This document shows positions 20,697 through 29,374 of a stretch of DNA of 64,000 nucleotides, piece by piece. The position numbers were made by a program, and so were the translations under genes. This stretch comes from an uncultured Spirochaetota bacterium (GTDB taxonomy: Bacteria; Spirochaetota; Brevinematia; Brevinematales; JAOACQ01): contig CAWIGG010000004.1 in NCBI GenBank assembly GCA_963835575.1, positions 128,001 to 192,000 on the forward strand, read 5' to 3'. The notes under the pieces are model-generated. The model saw only the letters and a list, made by a program, of their open reading frames with translations, searched no databases and was not told the origin of the DNA. Position 1 is the first letter of the stretch. Each line of letters opens with the position of its first letter.

Positions 20697-21629
20697 TCAC
20701 CTCAGGATTAAACCCAGTATATTACACACAAAGAAAATAAGGATAAACGGTATAACTGTTATGAGCGCCAGCGCCTTCTTTTTAAAAGTACCGGAATACA
20801 TCAATAGAAGCTTTAAATCCACCACCGGACCGATGGTTACAAAAGCCAGTTGAGAAAACGGCGAAAATTTCATGAAGGAAGCCGCGACAAAAGCGTCCGC
20901 CTCAGAACAGATCGAGAGCAATACCGCCAGGACCATCATAAACAGGATGGAAAGCAATGGATTCAACCCCCAGAGCATGACTACGCTTTTCGGTACAAGC
21001 ACGCTGAAGGTTGAAGCGAGGATCGCGCCCAAAATCAGATATTTCGACATCTCCAGAAATTCCCGGGAAGAATGCCTGATGATCAACAGGATTTTTTCCG
21101 GCCATGTCCGCGCTTCAATGTCCTCACAGAGGCAAAGGCCTTCATGACGCTTATGGCCGTGTTCATGTTCATCTTCTCTATCATGGTCTTTTAGTTTATC
21201 GCTATCCAGAAAGATATTGCCCTGCCCGGAAAGAACAAGACCTACTACTAAAGCTGTCAAGGCCGAAATACCGATCCTGCCCAGGACCATCCAGATATTG
21301 TAGCGGAAAGCGACATAGGTCGCCGCGATGACTATCGGATTGATAACAGGCGCTGAAAACATATAAACTACTGCAAGATAAGACGGCAGACCTTTCTTAA
21401 CCATCTTCTTCGCGATCGGAATAACTCCGCATTCGCAGGTAGGCAGCAAGAACCCCAGAAAGATGCTGATGAATAAGCCGGAAGCCTTCCTCTGAAACAG
21501 TTTTCCCCGGAACAGCTTTTCCGGTAAAAACACCTCTATAACCGATCCCAGTATCGAACCGATCAGCAGAAACGGCAGCGCTTCCAGGACTATAGCGGCT
21601 ACATCAAAAATAAATATATTGAATTTCAA
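20697..21629 (-). CDS. DUF318/ArsP-family permease with a His-rich loop (putative metal transporter)
   Basis: EALPF, PTCECGVIP, APVINP, HEHGHKRH loop, SICSEADAF, GPVVDLK; TTG 21629 after GAGG. Confidence 0.85.
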   Translation of the reverse strand: MKFNIFIFDVAAIVLEALPFLLIGSILGSVIEVFLPEKLFRGKLFQRKASGLFISIFLGFLLPTCECGVIPIAKKMVKKGLPSYLAVVYMFSAPVINPIVIAATYVAFRYNIWMVLGRIGISALTALVVGLVLSGQGNIFLDSDKLKDHDREDEHEHGHKRHEGLCLCEDIEARTWPEKILLIIRHSSREFLEMSKYLILGAILASTFSVLVPKSVVMLWGLNPLLSILFMMVLAVLLSICSEADAFVAASFMKFSPFSQLAFVTIGPVVDLKLLLMYSGTFKKKALALITVIPFILIFFVCNILGLILR

Positions 21630-21797
21630 CAAATTTAACCTCAACCTGCCAAGGATAAACTCAAAACAATCAGTTTTTAGAATTATCCCGGCTTTTAAAT
21701 TATTTAACTGTTTCAATGAATTTAGCGGCGGCAAATACCGGCGCCCGGATGGCAGTTCCAGTTCCGGAAATACGGATTTCTGGAGCTGACCTCATTT

Positions 21798-22154
21798 TCA
21801 AACAAGCGGAGGCGCCCTCATCTGAAAATCAAAGAAATGTTTTTGAAACTGATAGGACTCTGTAATTTTAATAAAATGCTGACCTGGATTTTCATAACTT
21901 AAAAGGATTTTGTTAAAACCGCCTGTTGAAACAACGATACCGGCCCATAAACAGGCAATACAGATATGATCATCGGCGTCTTCATAAGCGGATGCTGTTT
22001 TTTTAAAAACAGCCGTTTTATTCAAATTGGAACAGCCATAACAATGCTCATGGCAGGTGTGTTCAGAAAAAACTGAAAGGGTTATGAAAGAAAACAACAA
22101 GAACAGGAGAAGGAATTTATTTAAAATAATCTTAACTGGCATATATTTCCTCAT
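21798..22154 (-). CDS. DUF2946-like leader protein (TM, His/Cys-rich, CxxC, RAPP); candidate arrest peptide B
   Basis: Hydrophobic segment, EHTCHEHC, CIAC, RAPP (21807-21818) two residues before the stop. Confidence 0.78.
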   Translation of the reverse strand: MRKYMPVKIILNKFLLLFLLFSFITLSVFSEHTCHEHCYGCSNLNKTAVFKKTASAYEDADDHICIACLWAGIVVSTGGFNKILLSYENPGQHFIKITESYQFQKHFFDFQMRAPPLV

Positions 22155-22231
22155 TTCCGCTGAACTTAATCCCTAAGGAAAAACCGGCCCGGAAAGCCTT
22201 TGGGTCGTGCAATTACTTCCTATTTAAGACT

Positions 22232-22260
22232 ATTATAATTTTGGGTAATTGGAATGTCAA
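22232..22260 (-). promoter_or_regulatory. Consensus sigma70 promoter for leader B-permease operon
   Basis: TTGACA-17-TATAAT on the minus strand. Confidence 0.75.
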
Positions 22261-22270
22261 TGATTTAAGA

Positions 22271-22303
22271 GGAGTTCTAAAAACTTCGGTTTTAGAAATG
22301 TCC
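22271..22303. repeat. Family E hairpin (degenerate)
   Basis: GGAGTTCTAAAAAC...GTTTTAGAAATGTCC. Confidence 0.6.
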
Positions 22304-22376
22304 TTAAATCAGTATCTCAGTATCTCAGTATCTCCGCGCCTTGCGGTTAAATAATTGCTCATTTCAGGAAAGTTCA

Positions 22377-22451
22377 AAACGCCAATTGTTTGCATTTTAC
22401 TTGACACCAGGGGAATTTTTAAATATAATTATAATGCGATTGATTTGCATT
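22377..22451 (+). promoter_or_regulatory. Consensus sigma70 promoter of the znu-like operon, flanked by two putative Fur/Zur-type boxes
   Basis: TTGACA(22401)-17-TATAAT(22424); imperfect IRs AATGCGATT-G-ATTTGCATT (22433-22451) and AAACGCCAAT-T-GTTTGCATTT (from ~22377). Confidence 0.65.
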
Positions 22452-22529
22452 TTGATTTAGCATTCTGGAGGGCTTGTTCTATGCTAAACGCGAATGATAG
22501 ACAAACTAAAAATGAAAGAGAAGAGCGAC

Positions 22530-22784
22530 ATGAAAATTAAAAATGCATTGGAACATTTAAATGAATTATTGCCGTTAAAAGAAAGGCAAATACAGCTTGC
22601 TCAACCGTCCAAGGGTATTCATAGAGCAATATTACGATTATTTGTAGAACGGGGACATATTTTGAATAAAAAGGAAATATCCGATATGCTTGGCGGAATT
22701 GATGCCATACAAGTATTAACCCGGCTAAGCGAGGATGATTTAATTGTATTGGATGAAACTACCAATGAACCAATTTTAAATTAA
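22530..22784 (+). pseudogene. Truncated fragment resembling the N-terminal region of MerB (alkylmercury lyase)-family proteins
   Basis: LLPLKERQ...HRAILRLF...LTRLSEDDLIVLD ends where the GAYPF motif and catalytic domain would be expected. Confidence 0.5.
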
Positions 22785-22803
22785 AGATTAAGAGGAGTTT
22801 GTC

Positions 22804-23520
22804 ATGAAATGTATCCTTTATTTCTACGCGGTTATAGTGCCTTTATTGTTAGCAGCTGCGGTCCGCGCTTTTCCTTATTCGTTTAATGCGTATAACGGCA
22901 TGACGGGTAAAGGGGTCGTATCATTCGACCCCACATTGTCTTTTCCCATCTCACCGAAATTCGGCACGGCGGCCGACATTATCGGTTCCTATGGTCTTAC
23001 TCCCAATTTCGACCTCTTTGCGGACGTTGCGGACTTCAATCTTGCGCCGGAAGCGGGTTATGCCTATTCCTGGATTATGCCTCGTTTTGAGTTTTTGCCG
23101 AACAACATTATTGCCTTACAGTTGCAGTTTAATAACACACAGCCTATGAGCTACAACATTATGCCGCAGTACCACCTGTTTTATGAAAATGATTCTATGG
23201 CGTTTGAATTCAATGGTATCGCCACGATTCCCATAAATAATCCGTATTCTTCAACGGCCATAAGCGGAATTATCGCTCCCGTATGGAAGGCTGTTAAAGG
23301 TATTCTTTATCCTTTCATCGAAATTGATCCATCTTACGTTTTTGGTGATAAAGGCGGCTTTCACCTGAATATCGTGCCGGGAGTCTGGCTGGGCATACCG
23401 GATACCCCGCATCAGTTTTGCCTCGCGTTTACCTTGGCAGATGTTACTTCCGGGGCTTTAGGTTTTGGTGTTAATTTTTGGTATTCCATATCGTTTGTAC
23501 CGGATACAACTAACAAATAA
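22804..23520 (+). CDS. Secreted hypothetical protein, possible outer-membrane beta-barrel
   Basis: Signal peptide (AVRA/F); many aromatic alternating strands; GAGGAG RBS; 15 nt upstream of znuA. Confidence 0.6.
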   Translation: MKCILYFYAVIVPLLLAAAVRAFPYSFNAYNGMTGKGVVSFDPTLSFPISPKFGTAADIIGSYGLTPNFDLFADVADFNLAPEAGYAYSWIMPRFEFLPNNIIALQLQFNNTQPMSYNIMPQYHLFYENDSMAFEFNGIATIPINNPYSSTAISGIIAPVWKAVKGILYPFIEIDPSYVFGDKGGFHLNIVPGVWLGIPDTPHQFCLAFTLADVTSGALGFGVNFWYSISFVPDTTNK

Positions 23521-23535
23521 AACGGAGGAAAATAT

Positions 23536-24438
23536 ATGAAAAGATTAGTTATCACATTACTCGGTGCGGGTTTACTTCTGCTTGCCGGTCAGTCGTTTGC
23601 GGAAGCGCAAAAAAAGACAATAGTCGTCACCTACACGGTTTTGGGTTCGCTGGTCAAAGAACTGGTCGGCGATTCTTTTGAAGTAAAAACATCCATCCCC
23701 AACGGACTCGACGTCCATGATCGGGAACCGTCGGCAAAGGACATCGAAACAATCACTAAAGCCGATCTTATTGTACAGAACGGCCTGGACCTGGAGGGTG
23801 GCTTGCAGAAGGCTCTCAAGCAGGCTAAAGATGCCGGGGTAAAATTTTTCACGGCATCTGACTACATAACCGTCAGGCATGTCGGGCAGGGAGAGGGTAT
23901 CCCCGGAGACGATCCTGATCAGGCCCTTGGAGCGGCAGATCCCCATATCTGGCTGGATCCGGTCAATATGAAATCTGTAATCCTGGCTCTGACCAAATAC
24001 ATAAAGGATAACTACTCCATCGACCTCTCTAAAAACTCATCGAAACTTACCGCAAAGCTTGATTCTCTTGATGATTCCATTAAAAAGAAAGTGTTGTCCA
24101 TTTCCCCGGGAAAAAGGAAACTGGTCACGGGACATGAATCCATGGGATATTTCGCTCAGCGTTACGGCTTTAAACTGGTGGGGGCGGTCATTCCGAGCCT
24201 TTCCACCGAAGGCCAAGTATCGGCCTCTGATATGACGGCCCTGAAAAAGCTCATCGCGGAAAACAATGTATCGGTCATTTTTATTGAATTAGGAACTCCT
24301 GAAAAAGTAGCTAAAATACTCGCCAGCGAGGCGCACGTAAAATCAGTACCGTTGATTACCCACTACCTTCTTTCGGATAATAATTATTTCACCTTAATGA
24401 ATACAATGGTTGATAAGATTACCCAGAGTTTAAAATAA
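23536..24438 (+). CDS. znuA: Zn/Mn ABC transporter substrate-binding protein
   Basis: DVHDREPS, NGLDLE, DPHIWLDP, TGHESMGYFAQRYG. Confidence 0.88.
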   Translation: MKRLVITLLGAGLLLLAGQSFAEAQKKTIVVTYTVLGSLVKELVGDSFEVKTSIPNGLDVHDREPSAKDIETITKADLIVQNGLDLEGGLQKALKQAKDAGVKFFTASDYITVRHVGQGEGIPGDDPDQALGAADPHIWLDPVNMKSVILALTKYIKDNYSIDLSKNSSKLTAKLDSLDDSIKKKVLSISPGKRKLVTGHESMGYFAQRYGFKLVGAVIPSLSTEGQVSASDMTALKKLIAENNVSVIFIELGTPEKVAKILASEAHVKSVPLITHYLLSDNNYFTLMNTMVDKITQSLK

Positions 24439-24449
24439 AATCCAGATAC

Positions 24450-24477
24450 GGCTAATTCTTTCATGAAAGAATTAGCC
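24450..24477 (+). terminator. Perfect 28-bp palindrome after znuA (attenuator or mRNA-stabilising hairpin)
   Basis: GGCTAATTCTTTCA|TGAAAGAATTAGCC followed by ATGTTTTTATT. Confidence 0.55.
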
Positions 24478-24537
24478 ATGTTTTTATTGCCGTATTGAGG
24501 ACACAGGTTGATATTATTAACGGGAGTTTGAAATAAT

Positions 24538-25416
24538 ATGGAACAATTCATCACGCCTTTTTTATCGAATCAATTTATGATCAACGCCCTTCTTGCCGGA
24601 ATTTTGGTATCAATAGCCTGCGGGATCGTGGGCACCTTTATGATACTGCGCGGCCTGGCGTTCATAGGAGACGCGCTGGCCCATGGAGTGCTTCCCGGAG
24701 TCGCCGGAGCAATGCTCCTGGGTTTTCCAGGGCTTTTAGGCGCCGCCGCCGGAAGCCTGCTTATGATCGGAGGGATCAGCCTCATTACCAGAAAGACCCG
24801 CTTATCATCGGATTCCGCCATAGGGCTCCTCTTTGTCGGAATGCTCGCGCTGGGCGTTGTGATAGTCTCCCGTTCCAACTCCTTCTCCGGCGATCTGATC
24901 AATGTGCTTTTCGGTGAAATATTGGGTATATCGCGCAGCGATATTTTCATCCAGCTGGGAGCGACCGTTTTCCTGGGGATAACGGCTTACATTTTCCGGA
25001 GGCCTTTTCTTCTCCTCTGCTTCAGCCAGGAACAGGCCCAGGTTTCCGGTTTTTCCGCGAAGCTCTATCATGGCATCATGCTCCTGATGATCGCGCTGAC
25101 GGTCATCGTATCATTCCAGACAGTCGGCACGCTTCTGGTCTTCGGTATGCTGCTGGCTCCGGCCGGCACCAGCGCCCTGTTTTCAAGGCGTATGGGTACT
25201 ATGATGTTTCTGGCGTCGATCACCGGAATGGTATCGGTCTATCTGGGACTCCTGGCAAGTTATCATTTTAATTTCGCGGCCGGCGCGTCCATTACTCTGA
25301 CAGCGACGGTTATTTTTTTTATATCGCTCATTCTGACCCAGGTTTTCCGCCCAAAAAGAAAAACCCGGCCGGATAAGGCGGATTCTCAATCAGAAACCCT
25401 GGAGGCAAAAGAATGA
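24538..25416 (+). CDS. znuB: Zn/Mn ABC transporter permease
   Basis: AFIGDALAHGVLPG, LFGEILG, VGTLLV motifs of ABC-3 permeases. Confidence 0.9.
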   Translation: MEQFITPFLSNQFMINALLAGILVSIACGIVGTFMILRGLAFIGDALAHGVLPGVAGAMLLGFPGLLGAAAGSLLMIGGISLITRKTRLSSDSAIGLLFVGMLALGVVIVSRSNSFSGDLINVLFGEILGISRSDIFIQLGATVFLGITAYIFRRPFLLLCFSQEQAQVSGFSAKLYHGIMLLMIALTVIVSFQTVGTLLVFGMLLAPAGTSALFSRRMGTMMFLASITGMVSVYLGLLASYHFNFAAGASITLTATVIFFISLILTQVFRPKRKTRPDKADSQSETLEAKE

Positions 25417-26198
25417 ATGAATCTTTCATAACGGCCCGGGATTTGACCATCGGTTACGGCCGCCAGGTGATTATATCCGGTATCAACTTCACGCTTGAGC
25501 CTGGTAAAACCCTGGCCCTGGTAGGGGTCAACGGCTCCGGAAAATCCACGCTCCTGAAAACAATAGCCGGGCTTTTGCCTAAGATAGAAGGAAATATTAC
25601 CGTATTCGGCCGGGAGCCGGGCAAAACTCCTGTCCGTATTGCTTATTTAAGTCAGTTCAACCCCGCCGGTTTTCTATTGCCGCTGCGCGCCATTGATGTG
25701 GTGCGGATGGGACGATTTTCCGCGTTAGGCCTTCTGGGCCGGATGAAAAAAGAAGACGAGGATATAGTACGGAATTCAATGGACTTTATGGGCGTGCCGC
25801 ATCTGGCGGACAAAGCATTGAGTACGCTGTCCGGCGGACAGCGCCAGAGGGTCTTTCTCGCTCATGTCCTGGCCCGGCAGGCTGATCTGTTCCTTCTGGA
25901 CGAACCGGCATCCGGCCTGGATGTGCCGGGGAACGAGCTCTACAAAAAAGCCGTCGCCGCCATACTGAAACGGGGAGCCTCGCTGGTCATAGCGACCCAC
26001 AATATCAAAGAAGCAAGCATTTGCGATCAGGCCATGCTTTTAGCCCAGCGGGTTGTGACATATGGTCCAGGTAATTCTGTTTTAACTCCGGAAACGCTAT
26101 TATCGACTTTCGGCATTATCGCGAGGATGGAAGCCGGTCAGGTTGTTGTAGTTGAAAAGGAACATGGATGCGATCACGGCGAGGATAATTGCGATTGA
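25413..26198 (+). CDS. znuC: Zn/Mn ABC transporter ATP-binding protein
   Basis: GVNGSGKS, LSGGQRQR, LLDEP; His/Cys tail HGCDH. Confidence 0.9.
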   Translation: MNESFITARDLTIGYGRQVIISGINFTLEPGKTLALVGVNGSGKSTLLKTIAGLLPKIEGNITVFGREPGKTPVRIAYLSQFNPAGFLLPLRAIDVVRMGRFSALGLLGRMKKEDEDIVRNSMDFMGVPHLADKALSTLSGGQRQRVFLAHVLARQADLFLLDEPASGLDVPGNELYKKAVAAILKRGASLVIATHNIKEASICDQAMLLAQRVVTYGPGNSVLTPETLLSTFGIIARMEAGQVVVVEKEHGCDHGEDNCD

Positions 26199-26578
26199 CG
26201 GCATTTTTCACATATACCGGTGAAATAGAGCGAGTGATGAAGGATCCGGTAGTGATATTTCTCTTCAATAGAATGAACGTAATTTTCTATAAAGCACTCG
26301 TCGAGCCGGATAAACTGATGACAGTTTTCACAATGAATGAAATGAATATGCCTGTCGTTTGTCGCGTAATAATACCGCATGTTCTCCTCGGTACTGCATT
26401 GGATCGAAAACCCTTCGATTAACTGCTGCGATTCCAGATATTTTAAAGCGCGGTATATAGTCGATAAATCGACTTTTTTACCATAAAGCTCATCTATCTC
26501 ACCGGCACTCAGAGGATTTGTCGACTTATTCAAGATATCCAGGATTTCTTTTCTGATATTGGTAAATGGTTTCCTCAT
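26174..26578 (-). CDS. Fur-family regulator (probably Zur)
   Basis: LSTIYRAL, HIHFIHCENC, C-terminal CEKC; adjacent to znuABC. Confidence 0.88.
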   Translation of the reverse strand: MRKPFTNIRKEILDILNKSTNPLSAGEIDELYGKKVDLSTIYRALKYLESQQLIEGFSIQCSTEENMRYYYATNDRHIHFIHCENCHQFIRLDECFIENYVHSIEEKYHYRILHHSLYFTGICEKCRQSQLSSP

Positions 26579-26806
26579 TTTGCTCCCTCTTTCGGATGAA
26601 AGTCCGGTTCTTTTTTGTTTAATTTATCTTAAAGTTCTTTTTGATAAATTTCAAGGCCTGTTCTCCCCACTTTTTGAGCAGCCCCTTATTAATACAAGCT
26701 TTATCAATCCTATAATTTAACAAAAAGTGTTTTATACTGACATTCATAGGGTAGAATATCAACATTCAGGATTTTTTCTCCACTCGCATATATACACATG
26801 AGGTCA

Positions 26807-27088
26807 TTCGGCAAGCCTCCAAGTTTTCAAGACAGAGTAGGATTCGCGAGATTAGTTTACCACGGAATGTCGCAGAAGTTCATGGAAATTATAAATTAAA
26901 TCTTTTACAAATATTTAACTTCATTAAACATTCAGTGTCATCCCGTGTAATTCTATGGCCGTTTTTTTACATCCTGTAAATCCCGATTAATCCTACCAAT
27001 CCTGCGGAACTTGTGCTGAGCCCATTCGCGAAGTTTATCCTGAGTGAAACGAAGGACTCAGGGCAAGCTCAGCCGAAGCATTGGGGTC
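26807..27088. repeat. Composite nested palindrome at the right edge of the metal island
   Basis: Left arms at 26807-26890 are mirrored by TTCAGTGTCATCCCGTG..TGGC, ATCCTGTAAATCCCG, ACTTGTGCTGAGCC..GCCGAAG and ATTGGGGTC. Confidence 0.6.
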
Positions 27089-27147
27089 AGCCTAATTAAG
27101 TATTTTCATTTCAAGTTCTTTCTTATTCCATGTAAATTCAGGTTTTC

Positions 27148-27176
27148 TTGATTATCCGGTTATTAACAACTATAAT
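27148..27176 (+). promoter_or_regulatory. Sigma70-type promoter, copy 3
   Basis: TTGATT-17-TATAAT; TTTTCTTGATTATCCGG is identical to copy 1. Confidence 0.65.
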
Positions 27177-27261
27177 TTTACACCTTATTTACAAGTGGTT
27201 ATATCCAGTAAAAAAGGCTTCAATTTGACATATAATGAATTCTTGATTGGAGTATATTGTC

Positions 27262-28294
27262 ATGCGGGCTTATTTTTTAAAAAGGCTTCTGCTCATCATC
27301 CCGACAATGTTCGGCATAACAATAGCGTGCTTTCTGATCATGCAGGCCGTACCCGGCGGGCCTGTCGAACAGGCGATCCAGAAAATGCGGCGCCTCTCGC
27401 AGGGCGAGGGCGGGGCATCGCCCGGCACAGGCACCGTCCAGCAGAATATGACGCAGGAAGAAATAGAGAATATAAAAAAATACTATGGTTTTGATAAACC
27501 CATCCTGGTCCGCTATTTTCTCTGGCTGGGAAAGCTTGTCCGGTTCGACCTCGGCACTTCCTACTCCTATGAAAAGCCGGTTGCGGACGTCATTTTCAGC
27601 CGTCTTCCCATTTCGCTCACTTTCGGCATCACAAGCCTGTTTTTCACATACCTGATCTGCATCCCGCTCGGTGTGAAAAAAGCCCTTTCGCATGGGCTGA
27701 TCTTCGATCAGGTTTCGAGTGTTCTTGTTTTTATAGGCTATTCCATCCCGTCGTTTGTTCTGGGAGTTGTTCTGATCGTCCTTTTCGGAGGCGGCAGCTT
27801 CCTTAATATATTCCCCATCAGCGGCTTTGTGTCCGATAATTTCGAACAGCTTTCCTTTTTCGGCAAGATCGGCGATTATATCTCCCATATGTTCCTGCCT
27901 GTTCTGTGCTACACGGTCGGCAGTTTCGCCACCATCACGCTCCTGATGAAAAATTCCATGATGGAACAGCTCAACCAGGACTATATGCGCACGGCGCTTG
28001 CCAAGGGCCTGTCGTACCGCCAGGCAGTTCTGCGCCACGCCCTGAGGAATTCCCTGATCCCGATCGCCACCAATATCGGCATGATCATCGGCGTGATACT
28101 TTCCGGCTCTTTTTCTGATCGAAACAATCTTTACAATAGACGGCATGGGCCTCCTGGGCTACGAATCGATCATCAACCGCGATTATCCCGTGGCGCTGGG
28201 TTTGATCGTGATATCCAGCCTTCTTGTTCTCGTCGGCAGGATCATTTCCGACTTCTGCCTCGTGCTTGTCGATCCCCGCATCAGGTTTCAATAG
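27262..28294 (+). pseudogene. Peptide ABC transporter permease (YejB/OppB-like) with a +1 frameshift
   Basis: Extra T in the T5 run at 28110-28114; removing it restores SGSFLIETIFTIDGMG...VDPRIRFQ*; may be a sequencing error. Confidence 0.85.
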
Positions 28295-28303
28295 GAGGCG
28301 GAC

Positions 28304-29341
28304 ATGCAGATATCACCGGTCACTCTTAAAAGGCTCCAGAAATTCCAGAAGATGAAGCGGGCTTCCGTTTCATTCTGGATATTGATTGTCCTATTTGTCA
28401 TTTCCCTTTTTGCCGATATTCTTGCCAACGACAAGCCTGTTTTTTTAAGTTATAAAGGAAAGCTTTTTTTCCCTATTTTCACATTTTATTCCGGCGATCA
28501 TTTCGGGTTGAAGACGACAGACGTCCCGAATTACAAAGAGCTCAATAAAAGCGCGGACTTTGAAAAGGGCAGCGGCAATTTTATGGTTTTCCCGCTGATA
28601 CCCTACGGATATAACGAGTCCCTTCTTTCTCTGCCCGGCAATCCCCCGACTCCGCCGACCTGGCAGAACCCGCTGGGGACCGATGACCGCGGGCGGGACA
28701 TCCTGACGCGGCTTCTCTACGGCTTCCGCATCAGCTTCAGCTTCGCGCTTCTCATCACGTTCGCCAGCATGGCGCTCGGCACTTTCATCGGGGCGATCCA
28801 GGGATTTTTCGGCGGGGCTTTCGATATCACAATGCAGAGGCTGATCGAGATCCTCTCGGCCCTGCCTTTCCTCTACATCGTCATCATCATCGGCAGTTCA
28901 CTGGGGACAAGCTTTGTGATACTCCTGTTCCTCTTTACCATTTTTGACTGGATCGATATCTCTTATTTTATCCGCTCCGAGTTTTATAAACTCCGCGAGG
29001 TCCCTTTTGTTGAGGCATCGCGGTCGCTGGGCGCGAAAAACGCGCAGATCATGTTCGGGCATATCCTGCCCAACGCCCTGACGCCGATCATTACCTTTCT
29101 TCCTTTTTACCTGATCGGGGCGATATTCTCGCTTTCAGCCCTGGATTTCCTAGGATTCGGACTGCCCGCGCCGACGCCGAGCATCGGAGAGCTCCTGCGC
29201 CAGGGCATGTCGAACCTCACAAGCTACTGGCTGTCGCTTTACCCGGCCGCGTTTTTATTTTTCATTCTTCTTCTCATAGCCTTTGTCGGCGAGGGCGTAC
29301 GGGACGCTTTCGACCCGAAGGAATATTATAGGATGGAGTAA
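28304..29341 (+). CDS. Peptide ABC transporter permease (YejE/OppC-like)
   Basis: LGTDDRGRD, EASRSLGA, HILPNAL, GEGVRDAFDP. Confidence 0.92.
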   Translation: MQISPVTLKRLQKFQKMKRASVSFWILIVLFVISLFADILANDKPVFLSYKGKLFFPIFTFYSGDHFGLKTTDVPNYKELNKSADFEKGSGNFMVFPLIPYGYNESLLSLPGNPPTPPTWQNPLGTDDRGRDILTRLLYGFRISFSFALLITFASMALGTFIGAIQGFFGGAFDITMQRLIEILSALPFLYIVIIIGSSLGTSFVILLFLFTIFDWIDISYFIRSEFYKLREVPFVEASRSLGAKNAQIMFGHILPNALTPIITFLPFYLIGAIFSLSALDFLGFGLPAPTPSIGELLRQGMSNLTSYWLSLYPAAFLFFILLLIAFVGEGVRDAFDPKEYYRME

Positions 29342-29374
29342 GACATAGAATTTGGAACATAATTAGAAACGGGG

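Noticed and set aside
27277..28146. 289-aa antisense ORF (also 51559-52329 and 57440-58168)
   Set aside because: These lie opposite well-supported genes and show no recognisable motifs; they are shadow ORFs.
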